A stretch of 64,000 nt of DNA from a bacterium. GTDB lineage: Bacteria > Bacteroidota > Ignavibacteria > UBA10030. Under the pieces are notes generated by a model that ran no database searches, had not been told where the DNA came from, and worked only from the letters and a program-made list of their open reading frames with translations. Both the position numbers and the translations under genes were made by a program. The stretch is from contig JAZDJN010000091.1 of NCBI GenBank assembly GCA_043803945.1, forward strand, positions 13,671 through 77,670, written 5' to 3'. Positions 17,536 to 26,850 of the stretch are shown here, one piece after another; the stretch's first letter is position 1; every line of letters begins with the position of its first letter.

Positions 17536-18414
17536 TTATTCGTCTGCACCAGCTTTGTGACCAGGTATCCCTACAATATCCTCTCCACCATCAACCCCGA
17601 TCACGTTCCCTGTAACCCAATGTGCGCCATCCTGTGCAAGAAGTGCAATGGCCTTCGCGACATCTTCAGGTGTGGTCAACCGGCCATGGGGATTCTTCCC
17701 TTTGGCATATTCACGCATCTTTACATGACCGGGAATTTTTCGGAGAGCCGGCGTATCCGTAACACCGGCCATAATTGAATTTGCAGTAATTCCCCAAGTG
17801 CCTAATTCCATGGCGAGTTGGCGAATATGAGATTCGAGACTAGCTTTAGCTGCAGAGATTGCACCATAATGAGGAATGATGGAATGTCCACCCGAGCTTG
17901 TCAACGCAAAAACTCGAGCTCCACGTTTCATCAAATTTCTCGTTATTAATCCCTGAGTCCAGTACACCAGGCTATGCGCCATGACATCGAGAGTCATTTC
18001 CATTTGTGCCTGGTTAATGGTCTCATCGGATTTCTTTGAGATGAATGGTTTCAGCGTACCAAATGCAAGGGAGTGAACAAGGACTTTGACGGTTGTGGTA
18101 TTATCTTTCCCGAAGCGTTCCTGAATCTCATCAAGAGCTTCTTCACGTTTGATGGAATCAGCCGCATTAATGTTAAAAAATACAGCATCGCTTCCAACGT
18201 GTTTAATATCTTTAATCAACTGCTGCACTGCGGGCATCGTTGCCTGACGGTCCAAATGGACACCAAAAATGTTCATTCCGTGTCGTGCCAATTCCAGTGC
18301 AATCGCGCCGCCAAAACCGCTGGATGCTCCAAGGATTAAAGCCCATTCAACCGATTTAAATCGGTGCTCCGTCTTCAACCTCAACTCCTCATTTTTGATA
18401 ATTGTCGGACACAA
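17536..18414 (-). CDS. Short-chain dehydrogenase/reductase (enoyl-ACP-reductase-like SDR)
   Basis: 292-aa ORF with Rossmann motif ILGASSGFGGAIA and a Y-x3-K catalytic pair (YGAISAAKASL). The start is uncertain: TTG at 18414, or TTG at 18378 preceded by GAGGAG. Confidence 0.75.
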   Translation of the reverse strand: MCPTIIKNEELRLKTEHRFKSVEWALILGASSGFGGAIALELARHGMNIFGVHLDRQATMPAVQQLIKDIKHVGSDAVFFNINAADSIKREEALDEIQERFGKDNTTTVKVLVHSLAFGTLKPFISKKSDETINQAQMEMTLDVMAHSLVYWTQGLITRNLMKRGARVFALTSSGGHSIIPHYGAISAAKASLESHIRQLAMELGTWGITANSIMAGVTDTPALRKIPGHVKMREYAKGKNPHGRLTTPEDVAKAIALLAQDGAHWVTGNVIGVDGGEDIVGIPGHKAGADE

Positions 18415-18448
18415 GATAGCAGAAAATCAGCGAAAATCAAAGGTTTCA

Positions 18449-20281
18449 TTATTCAACCGTTACACTTTTTGCCAGATTTCTTGGCTGGTCAACGTTCGTT
18501 CCGCGGGCAACGGCAATGTAATATGCAAGCAACTGCAACGGAATGACATTCAGAATAGGACCGAAGAAACCATAGGTACGAGGTACGCGGATTACATACT
18601 CGGACAGAGCGTCGATGTCGTGGTCATCTTCATTCGCAATGGCAATGACTCTGCCTTTCCGCGCCCGAACTTCCTGAACGTTACTCATCACTTTGTCATA
18701 GATAGCGTCTTTAGGTACTATGCAGACCACCGGCATCCGTTCATCAATGAGGGCGATCGGGCCATGTTTCATTTCGGCAGCCGGATATCCTTCAGCATGA
18801 ATGTAGGATATCTCCTTCAGTTTCAATGCACCTTCAAGTGCCACCGGAAAATTTGAACCGCGTCCGAGATAAAGAAAATTTTGAACATTCTTGAACTGCG
18901 CGGCGATCACCTGGATTTGGGTAAGATTGCTGAGAACCTGCTGCACCTTCCCCGGTATGGCGGCCAACTCATGGGTAAGAACACGAGCCTCCTCTTTCGT
19001 CATTCCCCGCAATCGGGCAGCGAAGAGTGTGATTAAGGCAAGCACTGTAAGCTGTGATGTGAATGCCTTTGTCGATGCGACACCGATTTCCGGGCCGGCA
19101 TGGATATAAACGCCGCCTTCTGTTTCCCGTGCAATCGAACTGCCCACGACATTCACAATTCCAAGAACTGTCGCACCCTTCGCTTTTGCCTCCCGTACGG
19201 CAGCGAGTGTGTCTGCAGTCTCACCGCTTTGACTAATTACAAAAACGACATCCTGACTTGAAACCAGCGGATTGCGATAGCGAAATTCAGAGGCGTATTC
19301 CACCTCGGTCGGAATTTTGGCAATTTGCTCAAGCATATATTCGCCAACGAGCGCGGCGTGCCACGATGTTCCGCAAGCGACGAGAATGATCCGGTTTGCG
19401 GATTTGAGTTTTTCTGTAACCTGTTCCAATCCGCCCAGCTTCACTTCTCCCTCTTCCACCAGAAGGCGCCCCCTCATCGCGTTCTGCACTGTCTCGGGCT
19501 GCTCGAAGATTTCCTTCAGCATAAAATGATCATAACCGCCACGTTCGATCTGCTCCAGTTCCAGTGTGGTACGTTCAACCTCTTTCGTAATGGTAACATC
19601 GCCGAGAGTTTTTGTATGAACACCCTCTCTGGTAACAATAGCCACTTCCTCATCATCCAGATAGGAAATCTTCCGCGTATGTGCAACAAGTGCCGCAGCG
19701 TCGGAAGCAATGAGGTATTCATCATCACCATACCCGATGACAATTGGGCTTCCTTTTCGGGCGACGATCAAGGCATCCGGCTGATGTTCGCTCATTACGA
19801 CAAGTCCATAGGTTCCTTCAACCTGGATAAGGGTTTTTCGAACTGCCTCCTCTAATGATCGGCTCTCTTGCATAAACTGCTCGATGAGATGGGAGAGCAC
19901 TTCGGTATCGGTTTCAGAACGGAACTGATGTCCGTCGTGTAACAGCTTCTGCTTTAGCACCCGATAATTCTCTATGACCCCATTATGGATGACCACGAGC
20001 TTTTGATGACAGTCATAATGCGGATGTGCATTGATTTCTGTTGGCTCCCCGTGAGTCGCCCATCGTGTGTGTCCAATACCGATGGTCGATTGCGATGATT
20101 CCGGAGGTAGTGCCTTGATAAGGGTTGAGACTTTACCGACGCGCCTGGTGATTGCGAGCCTGGCATCGGCAAGATAGGCAACGCCAGCCGAATCGTACCC
20201 GCGATATTCCAGCCGCCGTAAACCTTCAACGACTATTCCTACTGCCTGTCGAGACCCGATATAACCAACAATTCCACACAT
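18449..20281 (-). CDS. glmS: Glutamine--fructose-6-phosphate aminotransferase (isomerizing)
   Basis: 610-aa ORF. It has the N-terminal MCGIVGY Ntn-amidotransferase start, two SIS domains, and the C-terminal ...NLAKSVTVE. Confidence 0.97.
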   Translation of the reverse strand: MCGIVGYIGSRQAVGIVVEGLRRLEYRGYDSAGVAYLADARLAITRRVGKVSTLIKALPPESSQSTIGIGHTRWATHGEPTEINAHPHYDCHQKLVVIHNGVIENYRVLKQKLLHDGHQFRSETDTEVLSHLIEQFMQESRSLEEAVRKTLIQVEGTYGLVVMSEHQPDALIVARKGSPIVIGYGDDEYLIASDAAALVAHTRKISYLDDEEVAIVTREGVHTKTLGDVTITKEVERTTLELEQIERGGYDHFMLKEIFEQPETVQNAMRGRLLVEEGEVKLGGLEQVTEKLKSANRIILVACGTSWHAALVGEYMLEQIAKIPTEVEYASEFRYRNPLVSSQDVVFVISQSGETADTLAAVREAKAKGATVLGIVNVVGSSIARETEGGVYIHAGPEIGVASTKAFTSQLTVLALITLFAARLRGMTKEEARVLTHELAAIPGKVQQVLSNLTQIQVIAAQFKNVQNFLYLGRGSNFPVALEGALKLKEISYIHAEGYPAAEMKHGPIALIDERMPVVCIVPKDAIYDKVMSNVQEVRARKGRVIAIANEDDHDIDALSEYVIRVPRTYGFFGPILNVIPLQLLAYYIAVARGTNVDQPRNLAKSVTVE

Positions 20282-20293
20282 GGTAATCCCTTT

Positions 20294-21043
20294 CTATGGT
20301 TGCTTCATAACGATACTCGCCATCATTCTCCCCGATTTCTCGCGGTCACGTCTGTAAGAATGAAAGAGTTGAGCATTGCAGATTGTACAATGGGGTGCAA
20401 TTTCAATATTTGTCTGACTCAATCCCTGCCGGAGCAATTGAAACTGATTTGCAGATTTCAGATCGAGAACTATTCTCTCCCCCCGCCGTTGTATGAATAT
20501 TGCCTGGAATTGCGAGGCTACATCTTCTCCAACTTCATAGCAGCAAGGTCCAGCCGATGGGCCGATATAGGCTTTGAATGATGAGGGAGAACAGGAATAT
20601 TTTTCGATCATTTGTTGAACCGCTCGTTCGACAATTCCCTGGGCAGTTCCTCGCCAGCCAGCATGGATTGCTGCAATGACCATCCTCTCCGGATCAAAGA
20701 GCAAAATTGGCGTACAATCGGCTATTGTTACTGCAAGTGCAAGGTTCGGCCTGTCAGTTATGAGTGCATCACATTCACCAACCGGCCCGGGCACAGTGAC
20801 TGATTCCACCCGGCAGGAATGGATTTGCCTGGGATAGATAACAAGCGAGGGCTCGATTTCAAGCTGAGAAAAAAATAGCTCCCGATTCCTGATTACATTT
20901 TCCCGAGCATCGCCGATATTAAAACTCAGGCTCATCGAGAGCGGATCCGGACTGACACCGCCAAGGCGTGTACTGACAGCACACCGAATCTGTGGAAATA
21001 GAAGAAAGACAGATGGAATGATAATGGGAATCTCAGGTTTCAT
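20294..21043 (-). CDS. pgeF: Peptidoglycan editing factor PgeF / YfiH-family (DUF152) protein
   Basis: 249-aa ORF. Motifs are QIHS..V, CDALITD, DCTPILLFDP, IHAGWRGT, GPCCYEVG and HSYRRD. Confidence 0.85.
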   Translation of the reverse strand: MKPEIPIIIPSVFLLFPQIRCAVSTRLGGVSPDPLSMSLSFNIGDARENVIRNRELFFSQLEIEPSLVIYPRQIHSCRVESVTVPGPVGECDALITDRPNLALAVTIADCTPILLFDPERMVIAAIHAGWRGTAQGIVERAVQQMIEKYSCSPSSFKAYIGPSAGPCCYEVGEDVASQFQAIFIQRRGERIVLDLKSANQFQLLRQGLSQTNIEIAPHCTICNAQLFHSYRRDREKSGRMMASIVMKQP

Positions 21044-24000
21044 ATCCGGAGGTCAATGGAATCTGAATCTCAATCGTTGTTCCCACTCTAACACTGCTTC
21101 GAATCCCGATAGTTCCATTTAAATCTTCGATGATCTTACGGCAGATTGCCAGCCCTAATCCCATCCCTTCTGTTTTTGTTGAAAAGTTCGGTTCAAACAC
21201 CTTCGACTGTAATTCCTCTGGAATTCCAGGCCCGGTATCGGTGATCATGATCCGGCATCGATTATCATTCACGATGGATTCAACAGTCACCATTCCATTG
21301 CTGCCCATCGCCTGGATACTGTTGCGGAAGAGATTGATAAACACTCTCCGGAGTTCATCACTATCGGCGATCAATTCCACCGGATCATTTCCAATCCGGG
21401 TTTGAAATTCGACGCCCTTGATCTCAGAGAAAAGATGAATTGTATCCTGAATGATTTTTTGAAGGTCGACGCGCTCGAACCGCCGGTGCGGCATTCGTGC
21501 GAAGTTAGAGAACTCTGACGCGATCCGTGTCAATGTATCGATCTGATCGAGAATAGTCTGACTTACCCGTTCAAGAATAGAACCGAACTCCGCAACACTG
21601 TCTTTATAAGCCTGCTGAAGGTGTTGAATCGAGAGTTTAATGGGGGTCAGCGGGTTTTTAATTTCGTGAGCAACCTGTTTAGCCATCTCCTTCCAGGCCA
21701 GTTCCCGTTCAGCGCGTGCCAGATTCGCCCTGTTGGCTTCCAATTCCTCAATCATGGTATTGAAGGAGCGGACCAACCTTCCGACTTCATCGTCGCTGTG
21801 CGGAGTAATCCGGACGGAGAGATCACCATGGCCAACTTGTTCAGCGGCGTACGATAAATCCTGAAGAGGTTTGGATAATTTACTGGCGATGAAGAAAGCG
21901 ATGATTCCAATACCCCCCAGCACGGAAGCGTAAAGGCCAATGAGGAATGCGTTCCTTTGTGCAATGTCTTCCTCAATTTCATCCTGTCGATTAAGAACTG
22001 CGACAGAAAGTACTCCCAGCAATAGATCGTCTTTAATAATCGGGCGGTATCCAACGACATATTCAACTTCGCCAATACGTTCGATGTCCTTAAAAAATTC
22101 ACGTTGCAGCAACGCGGCGTTGACGAAAGCGTTTGCACTCAGTCGTTCGTCGAGGATGGCAGCTTTGAACAGCTCTGGCCGGCTGCTCGCATGCACAAGG
22201 GAGGTGCCATACACCGTAAAATCGGTCCCCAACTCCGAAGAGATACTTTCACAGTAATCGTCTGTGATGCCCCGTATAAAATCTTCTTCACTTTCGATCG
22301 TCTGAGAAATCCTCTGATGGAGAAGGTCGAGATCACGTGAGAGCCGCCGTGTCACACTCTCATCCACCCGTTCAATGGCAAGTTCTCTATTGTAGTAGGC
22401 CATTACAAAGAGTGGAACAATCGCCAGCAGAGTAAATGTAAGGATGAGTTTATCGCGGAAATCGAGCCCGATCGCTTTCCCCCGCAACAGCCGCTGGATA
22501 AGCCATCCGAGAAGAACGATTCCAGAATAAAATAAATAAAGGCTGAGGGATTTCACAAAATTATAAATATACCAACGAATCGTAAGCGGCGGGACACTGA
22601 TTCCTAGGATTCGCTCCGGGGAAACCTCATCACGCACAAACAAGATATCACGCTGGACGTTGTCATTGTCATAATCGTACCACATCATCCTGAGGCCTCG
22701 GTTGTTCAGTTCCTCCGGAACTCCCTGCGGCAACGGCATACCACGATAGAAAGCATCGTCGGTGGTTGATTGAAGAATTCCATCACGATATTCACTGATG
22801 GAAAGCGTTCTGAGGCCCAGTTTCAATTTCTCTTCGGTAAGCGACCTCAGTGGAGCCGGAGCTTCTCCCTGGAATAATGTGTGCTGACCTGCAGAAAGCA
22901 TGAGTGCGACATACCCAAAAGGACGCCCCTCCTCATCGAGTAATGGGCTCCACTCTCCATAGTCCCGTAACGTCCCTTCCGAGGTTCCTCGTTCTTGAAC
23001 ATTGAGAGATTCCTCTTCCTTTGAAAAAATGTTCGCCAAAATTTCACGCTGCTGGTAAGCGGTGATCCCGACGGAAAACCGGCTGATTTCTCTTCGCTGT
23101 GCATTGTAGACATACAACGCAGAATTATAACCTTCCCGGCTGATCTGCGTTTGAACCCAGAGAGAGAATGCCAGTGTCGAGGAGCGTAATGAATCGAAGT
23201 CACCCGATTTAAACAATTCATGAGCTTTATCAGCGACTGAACGAACACCATCCGAAACAAGAAACGAATGCCACCGATCAATCGGCTGGGATATTTCGTA
23301 CGCTAATTCTTCAATTTTCTGCTGTTCACGAATATACAGCTTTGAGTCAAGTATGAGATTAGAGAGGATAAAGACTGCTCCCATGGCAAGAAATAAGTAC
23401 CTGATTTTTTGGCGCGGGAGGATTTTCTTCCCTCCGAGGAAATGTTCAAGACTCCAAACTGCAAAGAGGACAATTCCGAGTATCAGTCCGGTAAGCAGCG
23501 GTGACACTTGGGGAGTCTTATCAAGCAAGTAGTAGAAGAGCCATCCGATAACGAGGAGCAGTATCATGAGCAGCCATTCAACAGATTCCTGCAGCCGTTT
23601 CCCGCTGATCTCCTGGAGAATTCTCCTGAGGAACGAAACGATCATGCCGGCTATGACAAGGAAACAGAAAGTTACAGCAGCAATGTTAAGGTGCATCAGA
23701 AGAAGCGAGGCATCCGGTGTCATCGATCGGGGATCTTGATAGTTGATTGTCGAGTCGAACACCACACTCCGTAACGCCGCTCCATAGCCACGGATTAACC
23801 AGAAGACAACCGTGCTTATTACAAGCATAATAAGTACGGCGACAATTTCCCTCAATGGAGTCCTGAGCCTGAGCAGCAGCCGTGGAGGCCGAATCTCAAA
23901 CCTGAACACTGTTGTTGCCAGGAGGGAGACCGATAACACCAGAGCAACTGTGGAGATTGTAAGATCGCCCAGAGAGCTGACTATGTCGAACCCGAATGGC

Positions 24001-24968
24001 GACCCAAATGGAATAGAGGAAAACAATGATCCGCCGATAAGTTGGGAGGGAAAATCCAGCAGCCTCCATCCATAACGCACTGCCCAAATCAGAAGTATTT
24101 GCAGACTCACCCGGAACAATACTCTCAAGCGATTCAGAACAGGGAAAAGTATAGCGGCGAGCAGAATCATCGCAAAGGAAGTCCAGGCATTAATCCAATT
24201 CGTGATTAAACGATCAAATTCTTCGAGATCAACTTCGGGGCTAAGTTTGGGTGAAGTTAACGAGGCGAGAACTTTTCCCTGCAAATCCAGGAGCGAAATG
24301 GAATAATTCTCCAGCGCTGCAATCCCCTGCTGAGCTTCTCCCACACTCAATTCCATCGGCAGCGACAGCTCACGTGAAAGGTCATCCGCGAAACTTGAAG
24401 GAGCTATGAATCGATTGGAGATCGGATAATTGACCTCTAAGGGAGCGCTCACCAGGATATAACATTGCATCCGCGGCACGTAGGTGCCGAACATGAGATT
24501 GGTACGAAGATCAGCACGCAAAATTGTGAGGAAGGTATCCGCTGCTGCATCATGGAGTAAAACCTCGTATTCAGATCTGATCGCTCTTCCCGACCAGGCC
24601 AGAACCACACCATGCGGATCAACAAGATCGACAGTAATTTTCTCCGGAAAGAGATATTGCTGCAAACGTTTAAAGAGTCGAGCCAAATCATCCGGGTTGG
24701 TCGGAGCAGTGGGAACCATCAGCAGTGTATCATGGTAGAGTCTGGTGGAAATGCTCCGGAGTTCATCCACACGCTGGTGAAACCGATTTCGGATAACTTC
24801 CCGGATATTCTGCTGCAGAATTGCTTCCCGTTCAGACCACCGGCTCGCACTGTACGAATGGACCATCTGCTTGTAGAGACTCAAACCGAGTACGATGGCC
24901 AGAGAAATAAAAAAGCCCCAGACGGCGGGGCGCTTCCGAAGAGAACTGGTCAAGAATGCAGAAGTCAT
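21033..24968 (-). CDS. Very large multi-TM sensor histidine kinase (extracytoplasmic + polytopic region, HAMP, HisKA, HATPase)
   Basis: 1311-aa ORF with many TM helices. HAMP (LSKPLQDLSYAAEQVGHGDLSVRI..DEVGRLVRSFNTM), H-box AHEIKNPLTPI, then N/G boxes NLFRNSIQA, DTGPGI and GMGLGLAI. Confidence 0.85.
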   Translation of the reverse strand: MTSAFLTSSLRKRPAVWGFFISLAIVLGLSLYKQMVHSYSASRWSEREAILQQNIREVIRNRFHQRVDELRSISTRLYHDTLLMVPTAPTNPDDLARLFKRLQQYLFPEKITVDLVDPHGVVLAWSGRAIRSEYEVLLHDAAADTFLTILRADLRTNLMFGTYVPRMQCYILVSAPLEVNYPISNRFIAPSSFADDLSRELSLPMELSVGEAQQGIAALENYSISLLDLQGKVLASLTSPKLSPEVDLEEFDRLITNWINAWTSFAMILLAAILFPVLNRLRVLFRVSLQILLIWAVRYGWRLLDFPSQLIGGSLFSSIPFGSPFGFDIVSSLGDLTISTVALVLSVSLLATTVFRFEIRPPRLLLRLRTPLREIVAVLIMLVISTVVFWLIRGYGAALRSVVFDSTINYQDPRSMTPDASLLLMHLNIAAVTFCFLVIAGMIVSFLRRILQEISGKRLQESVEWLLMILLLVIGWLFYYLLDKTPQVSPLLTGLILGIVLFAVWSLEHFLGGKKILPRQKIRYLFLAMGAVFILSNLILDSKLYIREQQKIEELAYEISQPIDRWHSFLVSDGVRSVADKAHELFKSGDFDSLRSSTLAFSLWVQTQISREGYNSALYVYNAQRREISRFSVGITAYQQREILANIFSKEEESLNVQERGTSEGTLRDYGEWSPLLDEEGRPFGYVALMLSAGQHTLFQGEAPAPLRSLTEEKLKLGLRTLSISEYRDGILQSTTDDAFYRGMPLPQGVPEELNNRGLRMMWYDYDNDNVQRDILFVRDEVSPERILGISVPPLTIRWYIYNFVKSLSLYLFYSGIVLLGWLIQRLLRGKAIGLDFRDKLILTFTLLAIVPLFVMAYYNRELAIERVDESVTRRLSRDLDLLHQRISQTIESEEDFIRGITDDYCESISSELGTDFTVYGTSLVHASSRPELFKAAILDERLSANAFVNAALLQREFFKDIERIGEVEYVVGYRPIIKDDLLLGVLSVAVLNRQDEIEEDIAQRNAFLIGLYASVLGGIGIIAFFIASKLSKPLQDLSYAAEQVGHGDLSVRITPHSDDEVGRLVRSFNTMIEELEANRANLARAERELAWKEMAKQVAHEIKNPLTPIKLSIQHLQQAYKDSVAEFGSILERVSQTILDQIDTLTRIASEFSNFARMPHRRFERVDLQKIIQDTIHLFSEIKGVEFQTRIGNDPVELIADSDELRRVFINLFRNSIQAMGSNGMVTVESIVNDNRCRIMITDTGPGIPEELQSKVFEPNFSTKTEGMGLGLAICRKIIEDLNGTIGIRSSVRVGTTIEIQIPLTSGYET

Positions 24969-24979
24969 TCAGATTGTTA

Positions 24980-25456
24980 TTAATAAATATTGAACTGGTT
25001 AATCACCCACTGCGATTGCTGCTTGACGAGGGAAACATACACCTGAGCGTACTCTTTTACCCCCTTTTTCACAAAAGTCAGCCTTCCAATAGCGAAAGGA
25101 GGAGATCCATCATCATGAAATCGTGAAAACGAAAAGGACGAAGGTCTTTGCTGGATAAAATAGCTTCGGATGATGGAGGCCGCCTGATTGGCAGAATAGT
25201 ATCCGCCTTCCGAGCCATGGACATTGACAAGAACCTGACGTGCGAAGCGATCGGACGATGATCCTATGGCGGACTCAAGTATTTCTCGTTCAATCTCTGA
25301 GAATAACTCACGGACCTGCGCCACGGGAGGGCGATTCCTATCAGTGAGCGTGTTACTAACGGATTCTTTTTTTTGCCTTCGGGGTATAAGTGAACGAATC
25401 TGTGCATCGGCAGAAACGACATAGACGATCATCAATATGACGAGCACCCTGTTCAT
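24980..25456 (-). CDS. Hypothetical secreted protein
   Basis: The likely start is the internal ATG at 25456, giving signal peptide MNRVLVILMIVYVVSADAQ. No recognisable catalytic motif. Confidence 0.45.
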   Translation of the reverse strand: MNRVLVILMIVYVVSADAQIRSLIPRRQKKESVSNTLTDRNRPPVAQVRELFSEIEREILESAIGSSSDRFARQVLVNVHGSEGGYYSANQAASIIRSYFIQQRPSSFSFSRFHDDGSPPFAIGRLTFVKKGVKEYAQVYVSLVKQQSQWVINQFNIY

Positions 25457-25615
25457 GATTAGTGGCAAAGTATCAGAAAAGCATCTAAAAATCAACCAGT
25501 CCACGTTTTCCTTTTTTTCAAGTCGCTTTCAATAAAAAGCGACACTTTCTTCTTCCAGATTGCCTCTCGCCTTGGTGATAGAAAGTGTCGCCAATATACT
25601 GCTTCCTCGTGCTGC

Positions 25616-26416
25616 TTATTCTCCGGGATGATGTAGCTTCATTTCAATCTTTCGTTTTCCATCGGGGGGCAGATTGCGCTTCAGTGCAAGATTTCCCTTT
25701 ACAAGTTGGTATGCCCAATCGAATTTAATCTGCAGATCCTTCGCCTCTCTGACACGAACCTTGGCGTAGTGATCATCCCATGTCCAGATGATGTAGAGAT
25801 GACCCGGAACAGCTTCAACGGATCGTGACGGCACCCACCCAGCAGTCGGAGCAATGGTGATGTCATCGAGCGATTCCGTATAGCCCATATCCAAAATATC
25901 GCTGTCCTCCCACACATTGAGATAATAACGACCATTATAGGTTTCATAATAGACATCCGTATATTCATCATTGAACTTGCCAATCGAGTAGGTCGAGAAA
26001 TCATAACCGGCATTGTTGGGTGAAGTCGCAAAGTTTGAGAGCCAGACTCCAAATCCTTCAGGACGCGGTGTAGCATAAATCACATCACGGCTCATTTCGC
26101 TTTCATTTCCTTCAAAATCGTACGCCGTCACTCCATAGTAATAGAGCAGAGCGTTCTTGGCATCCAGGTCTTCAAACGTTGTTCTGGTTGTGGTACCAAT
26201 TTTCAAGTAGCGTCCATCATATCGCTCACTCACCCAAATATGATAGCCGGCGACATCCGGTTCAGTATTTTTTAGCCAATCAATCTGAACGGAATTATCG
26301 AGCGCCAGTACCTGCAAGCCACGCGGCGAAGCAGGCGGCGTGGTATCGATTAGAAAGTCTTTATCGCAGCCGAAAAAGATGAGGCTGAAGAGTAGTATGG
26401 TCATTTGCTTTTTCAT
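25616..26416 (-). CDS. Hypothetical lipoprotein with FN3-like N-terminal domain
   Basis: 266-aa ORF with lipobox MKKQMTILLFSLIFFGC. An FN3-like segment is present (PPASPRGLQVLALDNSVQIDW...GYHIWVS...YYYGVTAYDFEGNES). Confidence 0.55.
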   Translation of the reverse strand: MKKQMTILLFSLIFFGCDKDFLIDTTPPASPRGLQVLALDNSVQIDWLKNTEPDVAGYHIWVSERYDGRYLKIGTTTRTTFEDLDAKNALLYYYGVTAYDFEGNESEMSRDVIYATPRPEGFGVWLSNFATSPNNAGYDFSTYSIGKFNDEYTDVYYETYNGRYYLNVWEDSDILDMGYTESLDDITIAPTAGWVPSRSVEAVPGHLYIIWTWDDHYAKVRVREAKDLQIKFDWAYQLVKGNLALKRNLPPDGKRKIEMKLHHPGE

Positions 26417-26557
26417 AGATCCTCCAGAAATTGAATTCTACACTATGAAGTTCAAAGGGTGTGCCAAAAACAGCAGGTGTAATTTTTGCCGTAAAATACA
26501 GAGGCAAGCACAGAAGTGTCTGATTTCCTGGAGGTTTCGTTCAGAAATGTAAACAAC

Positions 26558-26585
26558 AAAGGCGGCCCCGACGAGGACCGCCTTT
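26558..26585 (-). terminator. Rho-independent terminator (minus strand) about 265 nt downstream of pyrC
   Basis: On the minus strand, AAAGGCGG-loop-CCGCCTTT is followed by GTTGTTTAC. Confidence 0.5.
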
Positions 26586-26729
26586 CTGATCCGAGGTAGT
26601 TGCCGAAAAATCCACTCTCAGCAAAGGAGTGAACCGCCCCCGATGAATCGGGGCCAAGAACACCAAGAGATTTTATAATTCTGATTGAAAATGCAATTCT
26701 AATACCACTATGGCGCTCTCGGCGTCTTG

Positions 26730-26834
26730 CCCGCCTGCGTGCCTGCCTGCGCTGCCGCTCCGGCAGACAGGCCGAAGGCGCTTCCGCCTACACTTCGTTT
26801 CGGACAGGTCGGCAGGCAGGGCGGTTTAATTTTT
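26730..26834. ncRNA. GC-rich, highly base-paired ~105-nt element of unknown function (candidate sRNA or 3'-UTR structure; strand unresolved)
   Basis: The outer stem is CCGCCTGC..CTGCC pairing with GGCAG..GCAGGGCGG. Inner perfect hairpins are CTGCCG-CTC-CGGCAG and AGGCG-CTTC-CGCCT. On the + strand it is followed by TTTAATTTTT. No ORF is present. It is visibly GC-rich against AT-rich flanks. Confidence 0.3.
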
Positions 26835-26850
26835 CAGCACTTGCTAGACC

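Noticed and set aside
20282-20293. Possible glmS ribozyme upstream of glmS
   Set aside because: Only 12 nt separate glmS from the preceding pgeF gene, so there is no room for the ~170-nt ribozyme.
26730-26834. GC-rich hairpin element considered as SRP (4.5S) RNA
   Set aside because: The shape (one long interrupted hairpin of ~100 nt) is reminiscent of SRP RNA. However, neither strand shows the conserved helix-8 pattern, a GNAR tetraloop closed by the ..GGUCC/GGAAGCAGC.. symmetric and asymmetric loops. It is kept only as an unknown structured element.
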